Below are positions 17,949-27,536 of a stretch of 64,000 nt of DNA, piece after piece; the first letter of the stretch is position 1, and every line of letters starts with the position of its first letter. The stretch spans positions 22,808 through 86,807 of the forward strand of contig JBBQAQ010000002.1 of the NCBI GenBank assembly GCA_038316435.1, given 5' to 3'. The position numbers and the translations under genes were made by a program. Under the pieces are notes generated by a model that did not search any database, was not told the origin of the DNA, and was given only the letters and a program-made list of their open reading frames with translations. Source of the stretch: Bacteroidales bacterium (GTDB lineage: Bacteria > Bacteroidota > Bacteroidia > Bacteroidales > GCA-2748055).

Positions 17949-20048
17949 ATGCAAAAATTTCACGTCCTCCTGTTAACGGTATTCTTTATTCTTACAAATC
18001 AGGTATCTGCACAGTTTGAAAATCCAGTTTCATGGAAATATAAACTTTCTGATTCTGGTGCAGGTAAGCAGGAAATTGTATTTACAGCCATTATTGCTGA
18101 GCCCTGGCATGTATACGCTATTAAACTTGCAAAGGAAGGCCCCATTCCTACTACATTTACATTTGAAAAAAACGAATCACTTGAACTTTCCGGTGAATTG
18201 AAGGAGCTTACAAAACCCATTGTTAAATACGATCCGGGTTTCCGCTTTGATGTTGGATTGTATGCAAAAAAAGCCTCGTTTAGTCAATTAGTAAGCAACC
18301 TTACCGACAAGCCTGTAACCCTGAAAGTAAGTATCGAATTTCAATGCTGCAACGATGAAACCTGTTTGCCACCTTTCGTTCAGGAATTTCAAATCCTAAT
18401 ACCAGCTGGATCTGCCCCAATAATTAGTAAACCTGCTGAAGTATCAAAAACAATAATGGAAACTGTTAAGACTGGATCAGAAGTTGAGAAAGCCCCTGAG
18501 GTAATAATATCTGAAGTTGACGATTTACCTGCTGTTTCGACGGAGTTGGAGGTAGATGCAAATAAAAATGTTGAGCAAAACACAATACCCGAACCTAAGA
18601 AAAAACAGTCTATGCTACTTTTTTTAGTCATAGCTTTCCTTGCTGGATTGGCAGCCATCGTAACCCCATGCGTTTTCCCGATGATCCCAATGACTATTTC
18701 ATTTTTTCTGAGAGGGAGTGAAAACAGAGGTCTTGCGATACTCAAAGGACTGGTTTTTGGATTTTCAATGATTTTTGTTTACACAGGAATAGGCGTGCTG
18801 GTAAGCCTTACAGGGATGAATGCCGATATTGGTAATATGCTAAGCACTCATTGGATACCAAATACTATTTTTTTTCTGCTTTTTATGGTTTTCGCAGCCT
18901 CATTTCTTGGGATGTTTGAACTTGTTTTGCCATCAGGCTTAGTAAATAGCGCAGATAAAAATGCAGATAAAGGCGGAATAGGAGGAGCGTTTTTTATGGG
19001 AGTTACAACTGTTCTGGTGTCGTTTTCATGCACAGGACCAATAGTTGGCAGTCTTCTAATTTCCGCTACAGGAGGTGAAGTGCTAAAGCCTGTTTTGGGA
19101 ATGTTCTTTTTCTCTCTTGCATTCGCATTGCCGTTTACATTGCTGGCAATTTTTCCTTCTATGATGAAAAATCTCCCCAAATCTGGTGGTTGGTTAAATT
19201 CTGTGAAAGTAGTACTGGGTTTTATGGTGCTGGCTTTTGGCATGAAGTTTCTAAGCTCCATGGATCAGTCGTATCACTTGGGAATATTCACGCGGGAAGT
19301 TTATCTCGCAATCTGGTTTGTAATTTCCATTTTACTGGGAATGTATCTTTTGGGGAAAATCAAATTCGCTCACGACAGTGATATGCCTTATATATCAGTG
19401 CCTCGTTTGCTTCTAGCACTTGTTTCATTTGTATTTGCAGTGTACTTATTTACAGGTATTTTAGGTGCAGACCTTAGAAATATTTCAGCACTTATCCCTC
19501 CAAAATCTGCTAGTAGCTTTTCGTTCGGCAACAATAGCAAACAGCCTGAAATTTCTAAGAACCAAAATACCTATTGCGGCCCTGGAAAATATGATGAACT
19601 CTTTACGCTTCCTCTGGGATTAAAGGGATACTTCAGCTATGAAGATGGAATGAAATGTGCAAAAACTAAGGGGAAACCAGTATTTCTTGAATTTACGGGA
19701 CACTTTTGTAGTAATTGCAAGCAAATGGAAAATCAGGTGTGGCCTGATGCTTCAGTTTTAGATCTTCTGAAAAGCGAGTTTGTAATTATTTCCCTCTATA
19801 CCGATGATAAAACAAAGCTGAATGAGAACGACTGGCTTACTTCAAAAGAGGGTAAAATCCTGAAAACAATAGGGGACATAAATAAAAATTTCGAAATCGA
19901 AAACTATAGTACGCTTGCAACTCCCTGGTATGTTTTATTAGATGAAGATGGAAAAATCCTTGTTTCTCCAAGAGGAAAGGATCTTAATATTGAGAGTTTT
20001 TCTAAATATTTGAAGTCGGGAATTGACGAATTTACAAGCGGAAAATGA
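17949..20048 (+). CDS. dsbD: DsbD-family thiol:disulfide interchange protein
   Basis: Signal peptide. N-terminal periplasmic domain with CCNDETC. Multi-TM core with CVFPMIP. C-terminal thioredoxin fold with CSNC. Confidence 0.85.
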   Translation: MQKFHVLLLTVFFILTNQVSAQFENPVSWKYKLSDSGAGKQEIVFTAIIAEPWHVYAIKLAKEGPIPTTFTFEKNESLELSGELKELTKPIVKYDPGFRFDVGLYAKKASFSQLVSNLTDKPVTLKVSIEFQCCNDETCLPPFVQEFQILIPAGSAPIISKPAEVSKTIMETVKTGSEVEKAPEVIISEVDDLPAVSTELEVDANKNVEQNTIPEPKKKQSMLLFLVIAFLAGLAAIVTPCVFPMIPMTISFFLRGSENRGLAILKGLVFGFSMIFVYTGIGVLVSLTGMNADIGNMLSTHWIPNTIFFLLFMVFAASFLGMFELVLPSGLVNSADKNADKGGIGGAFFMGVTTVLVSFSCTGPIVGSLLISATGGEVLKPVLGMFFFSLAFALPFTLLAIFPSMMKNLPKSGGWLNSVKVVLGFMVLAFGMKFLSSMDQSYHLGIFTREVYLAIWFVISILLGMYLLGKIKFAHDSDMPYISVPRLLLALVSFVFAVYLFTGILGADLRNISALIPPKSASSFSFGNNSKQPEISKNQNTYCGPGKYDELFTLPLGLKGYFSYEDGMKCAKTKGKPVFLEFTGHFCSNCKQMENQVWPDASVLDLLKSEFVIISLYTDDKTKLNENDWLTSKEGKILKTIGDINKNFEIENYSTLATPWYVLLDEDGKILVSPRGKDLNIESFSKYLKSGIDEFTSGK

Positions 20049-20103
20049 GAAGTGCTGAAGCGACGGTTTAACAATTTTAAGATTTTAAAAAAAAACATAC
20101 GGT

Positions 20104-20212
20104 GTTTAAACCCCTCAAGTTTAATGTGGCGAAAAATCAAAAATCAGCGTGTCTAAGTTGTTTTTTTTGAACATCACTAAATATTTCTGGCTCATTACCT
20201 TTTTTACTACAA
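20104..20212. repeat. Copy A of a ~110-bp dispersed repeat (partner at 60887-60996)
   Basis: Hand alignment gives about 80% identity over an ~87-bp core beginning GTTTAAACCCCTCA..TTTAATGTG.CGAAAAA..AAAAATCAGC, then T8-GAA. Confidence 0.65.
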
Positions 20213-20361
20213 TTGAAAATAGGTATCCTAAAATAATGTGATTCTAAGGTGTCATTCTTCGCCGCCTCTGCCTGCGGGTAAATGCAGTGGGATTTAAGAA
20301 TGTCGATTTCTTTCCTCGATACCCTAAACCCCATCGCCCCGTCATTTAATCGCCAAAACAT
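20137..20361 (-). CDS. Hypothetical 74-aa protein, start overlapping the stop of the upstream barrel gene
   Basis: The ATG at 20361 shares a base with the TGA of the 20361-21011 gene (TGATG). Product begins MFWRLNDGAMGFRVSRKEIDILKSHC. No family recognised. Its 3' end lies inside repeat copy A. Confidence 0.3.
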   Translation of the reverse strand: MFWRLNDGAMGFRVSRKEIDILKSHCIYPQAEAAKNDTLESHYFRIPIFNCSKKGNEPEIFSDVQKKQLRHADF

Positions 20362-21011
20362 CAGAACTTCCCAAATTTGAAGGTCATTCCAGCATTCCAT
20401 CCCTCTAAAACAGAAGGATTTGTGTAATTCCAGTTTATGTCTGAGGTAAACCGGTAACTGACTCCGAAAGCCAGCCTGAAGAATTTCAACAGGTTAAGTT
20501 CCAATTCAACGCCTGGTTCAGCAATAAGATAGGCCTGAGTTTCTTCCACGTAAGTATCATAATATTCCCATGAATTATTCGGCTGAAAGCTTGAGGTATA
20601 CGCTATTCCACCTCCTCCCAGAACTACAGGAAAAGATAAGTGAATAGGCATTTTGGGTAGCAGAATCGGTTCGATTAAGAATCCTCCGTATCCACCGGTA
20701 AGGTTTACCACGCGATCTGGAACCACATCCGGACTAAATGAATTGATAAATCCTGTACCTGCAAATCCAAAAGCTAGGTTATGTCCTATGATCCAGGCAG
20801 CGCGTCCACTCATGGTCACAGCATCTTTATTATCGATCATGGTATAACCACCGCCAAAAGATCCATAGCCACCGTTTGAACGGTTATTGCTGCCCATTAA
20901 GGTGCGAATTTCATCGTTTCCGTTCCTGCGTCCGCTATCGCGCTGAGGATCCTGTGAAAATGTGCTAATCGAAATTAACGCAATGATTGAAAGTATTGCT
21001 AATTTTTTCAT
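20361..21011 (-). CDS. Gly-rich outer-membrane beta-barrel-like protein
   Basis: Signal peptide MKKLAILSIIALISISTFSQ, Gly/aromatic-rich strands, ends ...MTFKFGKF. Confidence 0.7.
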   Translation of the reverse strand: MKKLAILSIIALISISTFSQDPQRDSGRRNGNDEIRTLMGSNNRSNGGYGSFGGGYTMIDNKDAVTMSGRAAWIIGHNLAFGFAGTGFINSFSPDVVPDRVVNLTGGYGGFLIEPILLPKMPIHLSFPVVLGGGGIAYTSSFQPNNSWEYYDTYVEETQAYLIAEPGVELELNLLKFFRLAFGVSYRFTSDINWNYTNPSVLEGWNAGMTFKFGKF

Positions 21012-21100
21012 ATGTGTATTTGTTTTTGTATTTGTTTATTTTGAAATTGACTTAAAATCGATTTGGTTATAATTGCGTAAAACTGTGTTTCAACTGAAAT

Positions 21101-21598
21101 TTAAAATCTATACTTTACTGCAAATGCTATATCCCATATACTTATTTTGAAAAACTGATAGGCGGAAATCTCGAAAAATGGTTTGTAATCAAGTGCTATG
21201 GTGAGTGGGAAAGAACTGAGTCTGTATTCCAAAGCCCCAAATCCATCTATACCAATTACAGGGGAAAACCTTCTTTCGGGATAATAAACTCTGTTGTACA
21301 TAAATAATTTGTATTCTGAATCATAGAAGAATCCTGCATGGGCTCCATATCCATAAACCATATAAAGATTATCTGAAACGTCGAACAGAGCCTGCTCATG
21401 AATCTGGCGTAAGAGTGTAAACTGCAGACCGTACTGCCGAAAACTTAAAAGACCTTCATAAGAAAAATTATCTTCAAGATATTGGCGGTAGGTTATTCCG
21501 GAGGTTATTCCGCCGCGGATACCAACTTCCCTTCCACTATATTGGGATTGAGAGGAAAGGCATATTGCTAATAGAATGGGTAAAAATATTTTTTTCAT
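21101..21598 (-). CDS. Small outer-membrane beta-barrel-like protein
   Basis: Signal peptide MKKIFLPILLAICLSSQSQ, alternating aromatic pattern, ends ...AVKYRF. Confidence 0.7.
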   Translation of the reverse strand: MKKIFLPILLAICLSSQSQYSGREVGIRGGITSGITYRQYLEDNFSYEGLLSFRQYGLQFTLLRQIHEQALFDVSDNLYMVYGYGAHAGFFYDSEYKLFMYNRVYYPERRFSPVIGIDGFGALEYRLSSFPLTIALDYKPFFEISAYQFFKISIWDIAFAVKYRF

Positions 21599-21646
21599 TT
21601 AACTTAAATTTTATTATTTCACTTTAAAAATATTTCTGTTTGCAGC

Positions 21647-22372
21647 TTAGTATTTAATCACTCGTCCGGAACCTGAAATATCCGATACTATTGCAGGATC
21701 TCCCTTGTATATCATGTTTCCGCTGCCTTCAATCACTACGTCAAGGTGATCGTTTACAAACGCATAGATATTTCCTGAACCGGCAATTGTTGCTATGCAT
21801 TTGTCCTGTTCCAGATTGAGAGATCTTATGTTTCCTGATCCCTCAATGGTTAGGTTTGTGTTGACCGAACTACCTGCTAGGGTAATTTCTCCTGATCCTT
21901 CAATATTTGCATCAATAAAATTTGCTGTTATTCCTGAAAATTCTATATCGCCGGAACCGGAGAGAACAAGTTTTAACTCATCGGTAGTGACACTATCACA
22001 ATATATTACACCCGAACCTGACATAGTTAATTGTGAAACATCCGGTGTAATTACATGTACAAAAACAGATTCGCTGCTTTTAATGCAATGATTGTTCTCA
22101 GTTTCAATAACCAGTGTTTTTCCCTGAATATAGGTTTCGATATAAGAAAGAAGGTTTTCATCAGCTTCCACGGTTACTCTGGTAATGGGTCCGATGCTTA
22201 CATCCACTATAAAATCCCCTGAATTCTCAATTTTACTGAAATCTCCAATAACTCTTCTGGCTGAGGTTATACTCCCGTTCCCATCGATACAATTCCAGAA
22301 TGAATCGGAGCATGAGAATAGTAGCATAAATCCGAAGAGTGTAAAAATTAGTTTTATTCCCGTTTTTTTCAT
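21647..22372 (-). CDS. DUF2807-like (head GIN domain) beta-solenoid lipoprotein
   Basis: Lipobox LFSC. Repeated rungs SGSGVIY, SGSGDIEF, EGSGEITL, EGSGNIRS, AGSGNIYA, EGSGNMIY and SGSGRVIKY. Confidence 0.75.
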   Translation of the reverse strand: MKKTGIKLIFTLFGFMLLFSCSDSFWNCIDGNGSITSARRVIGDFSKIENSGDFIVDVSIGPITRVTVEADENLLSYIETYIQGKTLVIETENNHCIKSSESVFVHVITPDVSQLTMSGSGVIYCDSVTTDELKLVLSGSGDIEFSGITANFIDANIEGSGEITLAGSSVNTNLTIEGSGNIRSLNLEQDKCIATIAGSGNIYAFVNDHLDVVIEGSGNMIYKGDPAIVSDISGSGRVIKY

Positions 22373-22507
22373 TTGATTTATTTTTAAATTATTAATAGTT
22401 GTCAGATTGGCAGCAATAAGTGCTATTTCAGATTCTTTTTGACCAGAGAAATTCCATACCCTGTTTTTAAAAGAGCCTTATTCACTGCACATCGGACTTG
22501 TTAAGTT

Positions 22508-23620
22508 TTATTTTTCTAGAACGCTTATATAACTCTTTTGCAAAGCATTGACCCGTATCTTAGGTAAGTTTTCTCCTGATCCGGTTTTATAACTGGCATG
22601 CCACTGGATACTCCCTTCCCGCTCATTCCTGAAATTATACTTGTCTTTGTTTACAGGGAAATTGACACTTGCCCCATCGGGATAGAAAATATCTGCTTCA
22701 TACTTACTACTTTCTGATAACGTAAGGTTCAGATCAGCATATTCCGAATTCAGGTTAATATTGCAGAATTCTTTTTTGATTTCTGAGAGGGTGAGACTGC
22801 CATATTTCAGGGTGCAATCGATGTCGCATAATAGGTTCTCAATCCAGATTTGCGAAAACTCAGAATTACTGTAAAAATTTTCCACCGTATTAATGAAATA
22901 CTTATCCCGACGACTCATAATTTTTATAAAGTCAGCCCGATCAATATTTACAGTCGAAGATTTGCTGTCAATATCTATCCTCATGGCATCTTTTATTTTT
23001 AAATCGGAATATGAAACCGAAAGCTGACCCTCACGCATATCATTAATGATACCACTTCCAAAAGCCAATTCGATTTGAGATTCACCTTCAATACTGTTAA
23101 TTTTCAGGTCACCATTCGACAGACTGATTTTAAGTTTACCAATCATATCGTCAATGTAGATATCTCCGAATTTATTTACCAGGTTAAGGTTAATTTGAGC
23201 TGGGCAATAAACCAGATAGTTTATTTCGATCTGGTTTTGACCTGTTATTATAGCATCAGAGAGGCTCTTTAATTCAGTAAGAATCTGATTACTACTGGTA
23301 CCGAAATCTGTAAAGGCAGAAATGTAAAATTTCGTAACGGTAAACTTGAAATCTATACTGTTCTTGACCTTTTCAAGACGGGAAAGGTTGTTGGAATATA
23401 CACTAAGACTGGCGGTTATTCTCACCGAATCTTTATCCCATGGGATAACATGGATCTTACCATACTTATTGTTTATTTCAACTGTTGTTTCCGGTGTTAC
23501 TTTATAGCTATGGCTAACAGACTTAGTATTAGAAAAAGTTTGTGCCATAGTACCTGCTTGCTCAGCAAACAATGCAACAGCAAAGAGCAGGAAACTAAAT
23601 ATTAATTTTGGGTTGTACAT
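22508..23620 (-). CDS. DUF4097-like putative adhesin/beta-solenoid protein
   Basis: Signal peptide. Repeated short rungs of the form GDIYIDD, GDLKINS, SGIINDM. The start overlaps the preceding anti-sigma-like gene by 26 nt. Confidence 0.6.
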   Translation of the reverse strand: MYNPKLIFSFLLFAVALFAEQAGTMAQTFSNTKSVSHSYKVTPETTVEINNKYGKIHVIPWDKDSVRITASLSVYSNNLSRLEKVKNSIDFKFTVTKFYISAFTDFGTSSNQILTELKSLSDAIITGQNQIEINYLVYCPAQINLNLVNKFGDIYIDDMIGKLKISLSNGDLKINSIEGESQIELAFGSGIINDMREGQLSVSYSDLKIKDAMRIDIDSKSSTVNIDRADFIKIMSRRDKYFINTVENFYSNSEFSQIWIENLLCDIDCTLKYGSLTLSEIKKEFCNINLNSEYADLNLTLSESSKYEADIFYPDGASVNFPVNKDKYNFRNEREGSIQWHASYKTGSGENLPKIRVNALQKSYISVLEK

Positions 23621-24158
23621 TTTCTTTCTTGTTTTCTTTTTTTATTTCAGCCTGTAAGTCTTCAAGAATGCGGAGTTTAAGCCGGTAGTTCTGAATCATG
23701 GCTTCAATAATCTGATCGTTTGCAACATTATCTTTTAAATCGTTTTTGAGGGAAACGTACACACTGTCCAATTCAACCAGGTCAACATTAATGGCTTCAC
23801 TTATTCCCGGATTGTTTGCGAGAAATGGTTTTACTTCTTCCATTTTGCTGGAAACCAGGTTTGAATAGTAGTTTTCTGCTTCTTTCAGCTCCGGCAACTG
23901 CTGGTAGATATCTTTCATTTTGTCTTCAGCAAGTTTGCTGTCTTTTGCTTTATCAACGTAATCATGAAACATATAAGAGAGTCCGAAAATCAGCAAAACT
24001 GAGGCCGCTCTATAAAAATACCGCAGAATTAATTTCCCATTTGGCTTATTTTTCCTGTCCGATTCAATTCTATTCCATATACCTTCGGCCTGGGAAGGGC
24101 TAAAAGAATCGAACGAATCCCTGTTATCTTCGATGAATTGTTCCAGTTTATCTTTCAT
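23595..24158 (-). CDS. Single-pass membrane protein, probable anti-sigma factor
   Basis: ATGA overlap with the ECF sigma stop. Short cytoplasmic N-terminus, one TM (AASVLLIFGLSYMF) and a helical periplasmic part. Confidence 0.6.
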   Translation of the reverse strand: MKDKLEQFIEDNRDSFDSFSPSQAEGIWNRIESDRKNKPNGKLILRYFYRAASVLLIFGLSYMFHDYVDKAKDSKLAEDKMKDIYQQLPELKEAENYYSNLVSSKMEEVKPFLANNPGISEAINVDLVELDSVYVSLKNDLKDNVANDQIIEAMIQNYRLKLRILEDLQAEIKKENKKENVQPKINI

Positions 24159-24733
24159 GTCATCTGAAGTATTAATTCTTTAATTTTTACTTTAGCTCTC
24201 ATGTACTGCGTTCTAGAAGTCGACTCACTCACTCCCAGGATAGCCGAAATCTCCTCATGATCATATCCTTCAAGTGCGTATAAACTAAATATGATCCTGT
24301 ATCCATCCGGTAAACCTGCCATTGCCTGTTTGACCTTTTCCACCTGCAATTTCAGACTTTCGTAATCAACATGTTCCTCATCAGGCACTGTTTCCTGTAA
24401 CTCAGCCTCAAAATGTAACTCAGGTCTTTTTTTTCGCAAATAATTAATACACTTATTGATAACTATTCTTTTTGCCCAGGAGCCAAACGATGATTCGAAT
24501 CTAAAACTGTCCAGCTTATTAAAAATTTCAGAAAACGATTCCTGCAGAATATCTTCCGCATCTTCTCTCCTGTTAAGCATACGCATACATATACTGTACA
24601 TCGCACGGGAGTAAAGTGAGTAAAGTTCAAATTGGGCCTTCACATTTCCGGATCTGCTAAGCTCAATTATTTCCTTGTGTATTTCCTGATAACCTGAGTT
24701 CAATGATGGAATAGTTTTCAAGTATAATGACAA
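24155..24733 (-). CDS. ECF-type RNA polymerase sigma-70 factor
   Basis: Region 2 (EDILQESFSEIFNKL, WAKRIVINKCINYLRK) and region 4 HTH (GYDHEEISAILGVSESTSRTQYMRAK). The listed start codon is TTG, so the exact start is uncertain. Confidence 0.9.
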   Translation of the reverse strand: MSLYLKTIPSLNSGYQEIHKEIIELSRSGNVKAQFELYSLYSRAMYSICMRMLNRREDAEDILQESFSEIFNKLDSFRFESSFGSWAKRIVINKCINYLRKKRPELHFEAELQETVPDEEHVDYESLKLQVEKVKQAMAGLPDGYRIIFSLYALEGYDHEEISAILGVSESTSRTQYMRAKVKIKELILQMT

Positions 24734-24962
24734 CTGTTTTTTTTCAGAGTTGCAAATTTTGACAATAAAATTACATATTTATTGTAAAAACAGAGACAAA
24801 AAGATATAAAGTTCTGTTTTTGAAGCTTTTGAGAAATAGTAAACTTCTTGGATTGTGTATTTAAATTCCAGCCAATTGATAGCAGATCCTAATACAGGGA
24901 AAAGAATATTAGATTCATTCGAACATAAGTCGTTTGGCAGGGAAACTATCAGATAAGAATAA

Positions 24963-26570
24963 TTATTTTGATCCCTTACGTGTCATAAGGATTTTCACCA
25001 AAGTATAAAGCAGGAAAAATATCCCGAAAAAAGTTGATATCCGTCCAAAATAGTCGCCAAAACGAGTGTAAAAGGTAATTTTATCGTTCGCATTAAGAGT
25101 ATCTTTTATTGCTGCGCGTTGCCACCAGCCAATTTTTTGCAAAACTTCTCCGCGCTGATTAATAAACGATGATATGCCTGTATTTGCAGATCGAGCGATA
25201 CTTCTTCTGTTCTCGATTGCCCTGATGCTTGAAAAGCTGTTGTGTTGCACATAACCAGGAGTATCACCCCACCATCCGTCGTTGGTGATTACGAAAATAA
25301 ACCCTTGTTTCCCGGGAACCAGATAATTACTTACATACTCGCCAAAAATAGATTCGTAACAAATTGGAGTAGCAATGCTCACACTATCTTGTGGTGAGTA
25401 GAGGCAAGACCGTTCTTTCTGAGTGCCATGACTTCTGAATGTGCCTCCCAGATTGAGCATAATATTCTCAAGAAATTTCAGAGATTTGGTATATGGCATT
25501 TTTTCGACTCCCACCACTAGTTGTGACTTATGGTAGTACTGTATATTCCTGGTGGAATCGATCTGAAATGAGGAGTTAAAACTGTCGTAATAATAATTAC
25601 GGAATGGCCGGGCACTTTCTGTAATTTCCTCGGGTTTAGTGTATAATTTATAACAAGTGGCTCCGATAATCATTTTTGCTTTTGGATACTCTTTCATAAA
25701 GCCTCTTATACTTCTTATACTGGGATTCGATTCGATCTCATCGAGCCATAAATTGTCATTTATAAAGGTTTCAGGGGCTACAATATAATCGGTCTGTAAA
25801 TCGGTGACTTGCTTAGCTAAGTCCAGCAGAATAATCATTTGCTCATCCGCAGGAATGTCATTAAACTTTTGATATGGATCTATATTTGGCTGGATAACAG
25901 CAATATTGTAAGGATTAATTTTTTCCTTATATGTGTAGAAGCGGATAAGTGAAAAGCTAATAGGAATAATTAGAAAGCTAAGAAAAAGAACAATTTCCGT
26001 TTTTGATTCTTTTAGTGTTTTCCCACTTTTCCAGGCATCAATAACTTTAAACCAGAAAATATTCATTACCAAAACCCAGAAGGTGCCTCCGGCAGATCCC
26101 GTGTATTCGTACCATTGAATCAGCCGGATATCATTTGCAAAACCATTCCCCAAATTAAGCCATGTCCATGAAATTTCTCCGTTTATATAGAGATATTCAT
26201 AAGCCAGCCAGTAAAAAATAAGTGAAAAATAGCCAAAACCATTGCCGAGTTTCTTGCGAGTAAGGCTAAAAAGAAAGAACACCGTACTCATTAAGGTAGA
26301 ATTGAGCAAAACGGCAACAATTAAACCGGCAAAGGATGCGTTCTTTATCCACCAGGTTGTAAGAATATTAAAAACTGCAAAACCCAAAAAGGGAATCCAG
26401 AAACTTAGTTTCTTTTTATATTTATCGGGATTTTTGTTCAGTTCGTTTTCTACGAAAAGAAGTGGGACCAAAGCCACCAGTAAAAAAATTCCCGACCCCC
26501 ATGAATACCATGCAGGAGATAGTAATACACCTGAAAGTATTGATAATAGAACTAATTTGCTTTTTGACAT
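24963..26570 (-). CDS. lnt: Apolipoprotein N-acyltransferase
   Basis: Multi-TM N-terminus plus a CN-hydrolase domain with VAPETF (Glu) and ICYESIF (Cys). 535 aa. Confidence 0.9.
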   Translation of the reverse strand: MSKSKLVLLSILSGVLLSPAWYSWGSGIFLLVALVPLLFVENELNKNPDKYKKKLSFWIPFLGFAVFNILTTWWIKNASFAGLIVAVLLNSTLMSTVFFLFSLTRKKLGNGFGYFSLIFYWLAYEYLYINGEISWTWLNLGNGFANDIRLIQWYEYTGSAGGTFWVLVMNIFWFKVIDAWKSGKTLKESKTEIVLFLSFLIIPISFSLIRFYTYKEKINPYNIAVIQPNIDPYQKFNDIPADEQMIILLDLAKQVTDLQTDYIVAPETFINDNLWLDEIESNPSIRSIRGFMKEYPKAKMIIGATCYKLYTKPEEITESARPFRNYYYDSFNSSFQIDSTRNIQYYHKSQLVVGVEKMPYTKSLKFLENIMLNLGGTFRSHGTQKERSCLYSPQDSVSIATPICYESIFGEYVSNYLVPGKQGFIFVITNDGWWGDTPGYVQHNSFSSIRAIENRRSIARSANTGISSFINQRGEVLQKIGWWQRAAIKDTLNANDKITFYTRFGDYFGRISTFFGIFFLLYTLVKILMTRKGSK

Positions 26571-26803
26571 CTTATTTTTTTTGCAACAGCAAATTAAACG
26601 AAAAAAACAACAAAATTGAAATTCAAGTAATTATAGTTTTATTTGTAAATCAAGATATATTCGTTACCATTTATACAAAATCAGGAGTTAGGAACGATTC
26701 TTGTACAATTAAAAAGTATCATACAAAAACTAAATCCGCAATATTTAGTTACTTTGTAATGAGTTCACAACAATAAGGCAGGAATAAATATTGAAACCAA
26801 AGA

Positions 26804-27433
26804 ATGGGATTAGAACTATTTTGGAAAGGAATAATTATCGGGTTAATGGTCTCCATTCCACTTGGTCCAATCGGTGTTTTGTGTATCCAGCGTACATTAA
26901 ATAAAGGAAGAAAATCTGGATTTGTATCTGGCTTGGGAGCTGCGGCTGCAGATACATTTTTTGCCTTGGTCGCTGGTCTTGGTATTTCTATGGTCATTTC
27001 CTTTATAAAGGCGCAACATATCTACTTTCAGGTTATCGGAGGAATGATTGTAATGTACCTCGGAATCCATATTTTCTTCACAAACCCTGTGCAACAACTT
27101 CGTAATCAACGAATGAGTCAGAATAAATTATCGCAGGATTTTATTTCGGTTTTTCTTTTAACAGTTTCTAACCCCATGGCAATTTTTTTCTTCCTTGCGA
27201 TGTTCGCTGGAGTAAACCTTGCAGGTGGAGAAATTAAGCTTTTTCATGTCGGATTGATAGTTGCAGGGGTGTTTTTAGGCTCCTCAATTTGGTGGTTTGT
27301 CTTAACTACTCTGGTCAATATTTTTCGTCACAGATTCCGGCTTAAAAGTATTTGGTGGATGAACAAAGTAGCCGGAGTTATAATTTTTTTCCTCGGTGTC
27401 GCTGCAGTTCTGAGCGTATGGTTCATTAAATAG
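26804..27433 (+). CDS. LysE/RhtB-family amino-acid exporter
   Basis: 209 aa with six TM segments. N-terminal GIIIGLMVSIPLGPIGVLCIQRTL is characteristic of LysE translocators. Confidence 0.85.
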   Translation: MGLELFWKGIIIGLMVSIPLGPIGVLCIQRTLNKGRKSGFVSGLGAAAADTFFALVAGLGISMVISFIKAQHIYFQVIGGMIVMYLGIHIFFTNPVQQLRNQRMSQNKLSQDFISVFLLTVSNPMAIFFFLAMFAGVNLAGGEIKLFHVGLIVAGVFLGSSIWWFVLTTLVNIFRHRFRLKSIWWMNKVAGVIIFFLGVAAVLSVWFIK

Positions 27434-27501
27434 TTATCCGAAAGGGAGAGTTCATTACAGTTTATTTTTTTCCTCATGGGAATCGGATAAGCCGTTTTTA
27501 G

Positions 27502-27509
27502 TATATTTG
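27502..27509 (+). promoter_or_regulatory. TAnnTTTG -7 promoter motif upstream of the OlsF-like gene
   Basis: TATATTTG lies 28 nt before the ATG at 27537. Confidence 0.4.
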
Positions 27510-27536
27510 GCACTAATTTTACCCTGATTTTTTCCT

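Noticed and set aside
20362-20400. The longer 87-aa version of the small minus-strand ORF.
   Set aside because: The first 13 codons overlap the barrel gene's C-terminus out of frame. The coupled ATG at 20361 is a more plausible start if the ORF is real at all.
21012-21045. Tandem TGTATTTGTTT x2 upstream of the barrel gene.
   Set aside because: It has only two short units in an A/T-rich leader and is indistinguishable from compositional chance.
26462-26997. ORFs 26462-26776 (+) and 26749-26997 (-) spanning the lnt/LysE intergenic region.
   Set aside because: They overlap the supported lnt and LysE genes or AT-rich divergent promoter DNA. Their translations are low complexity.
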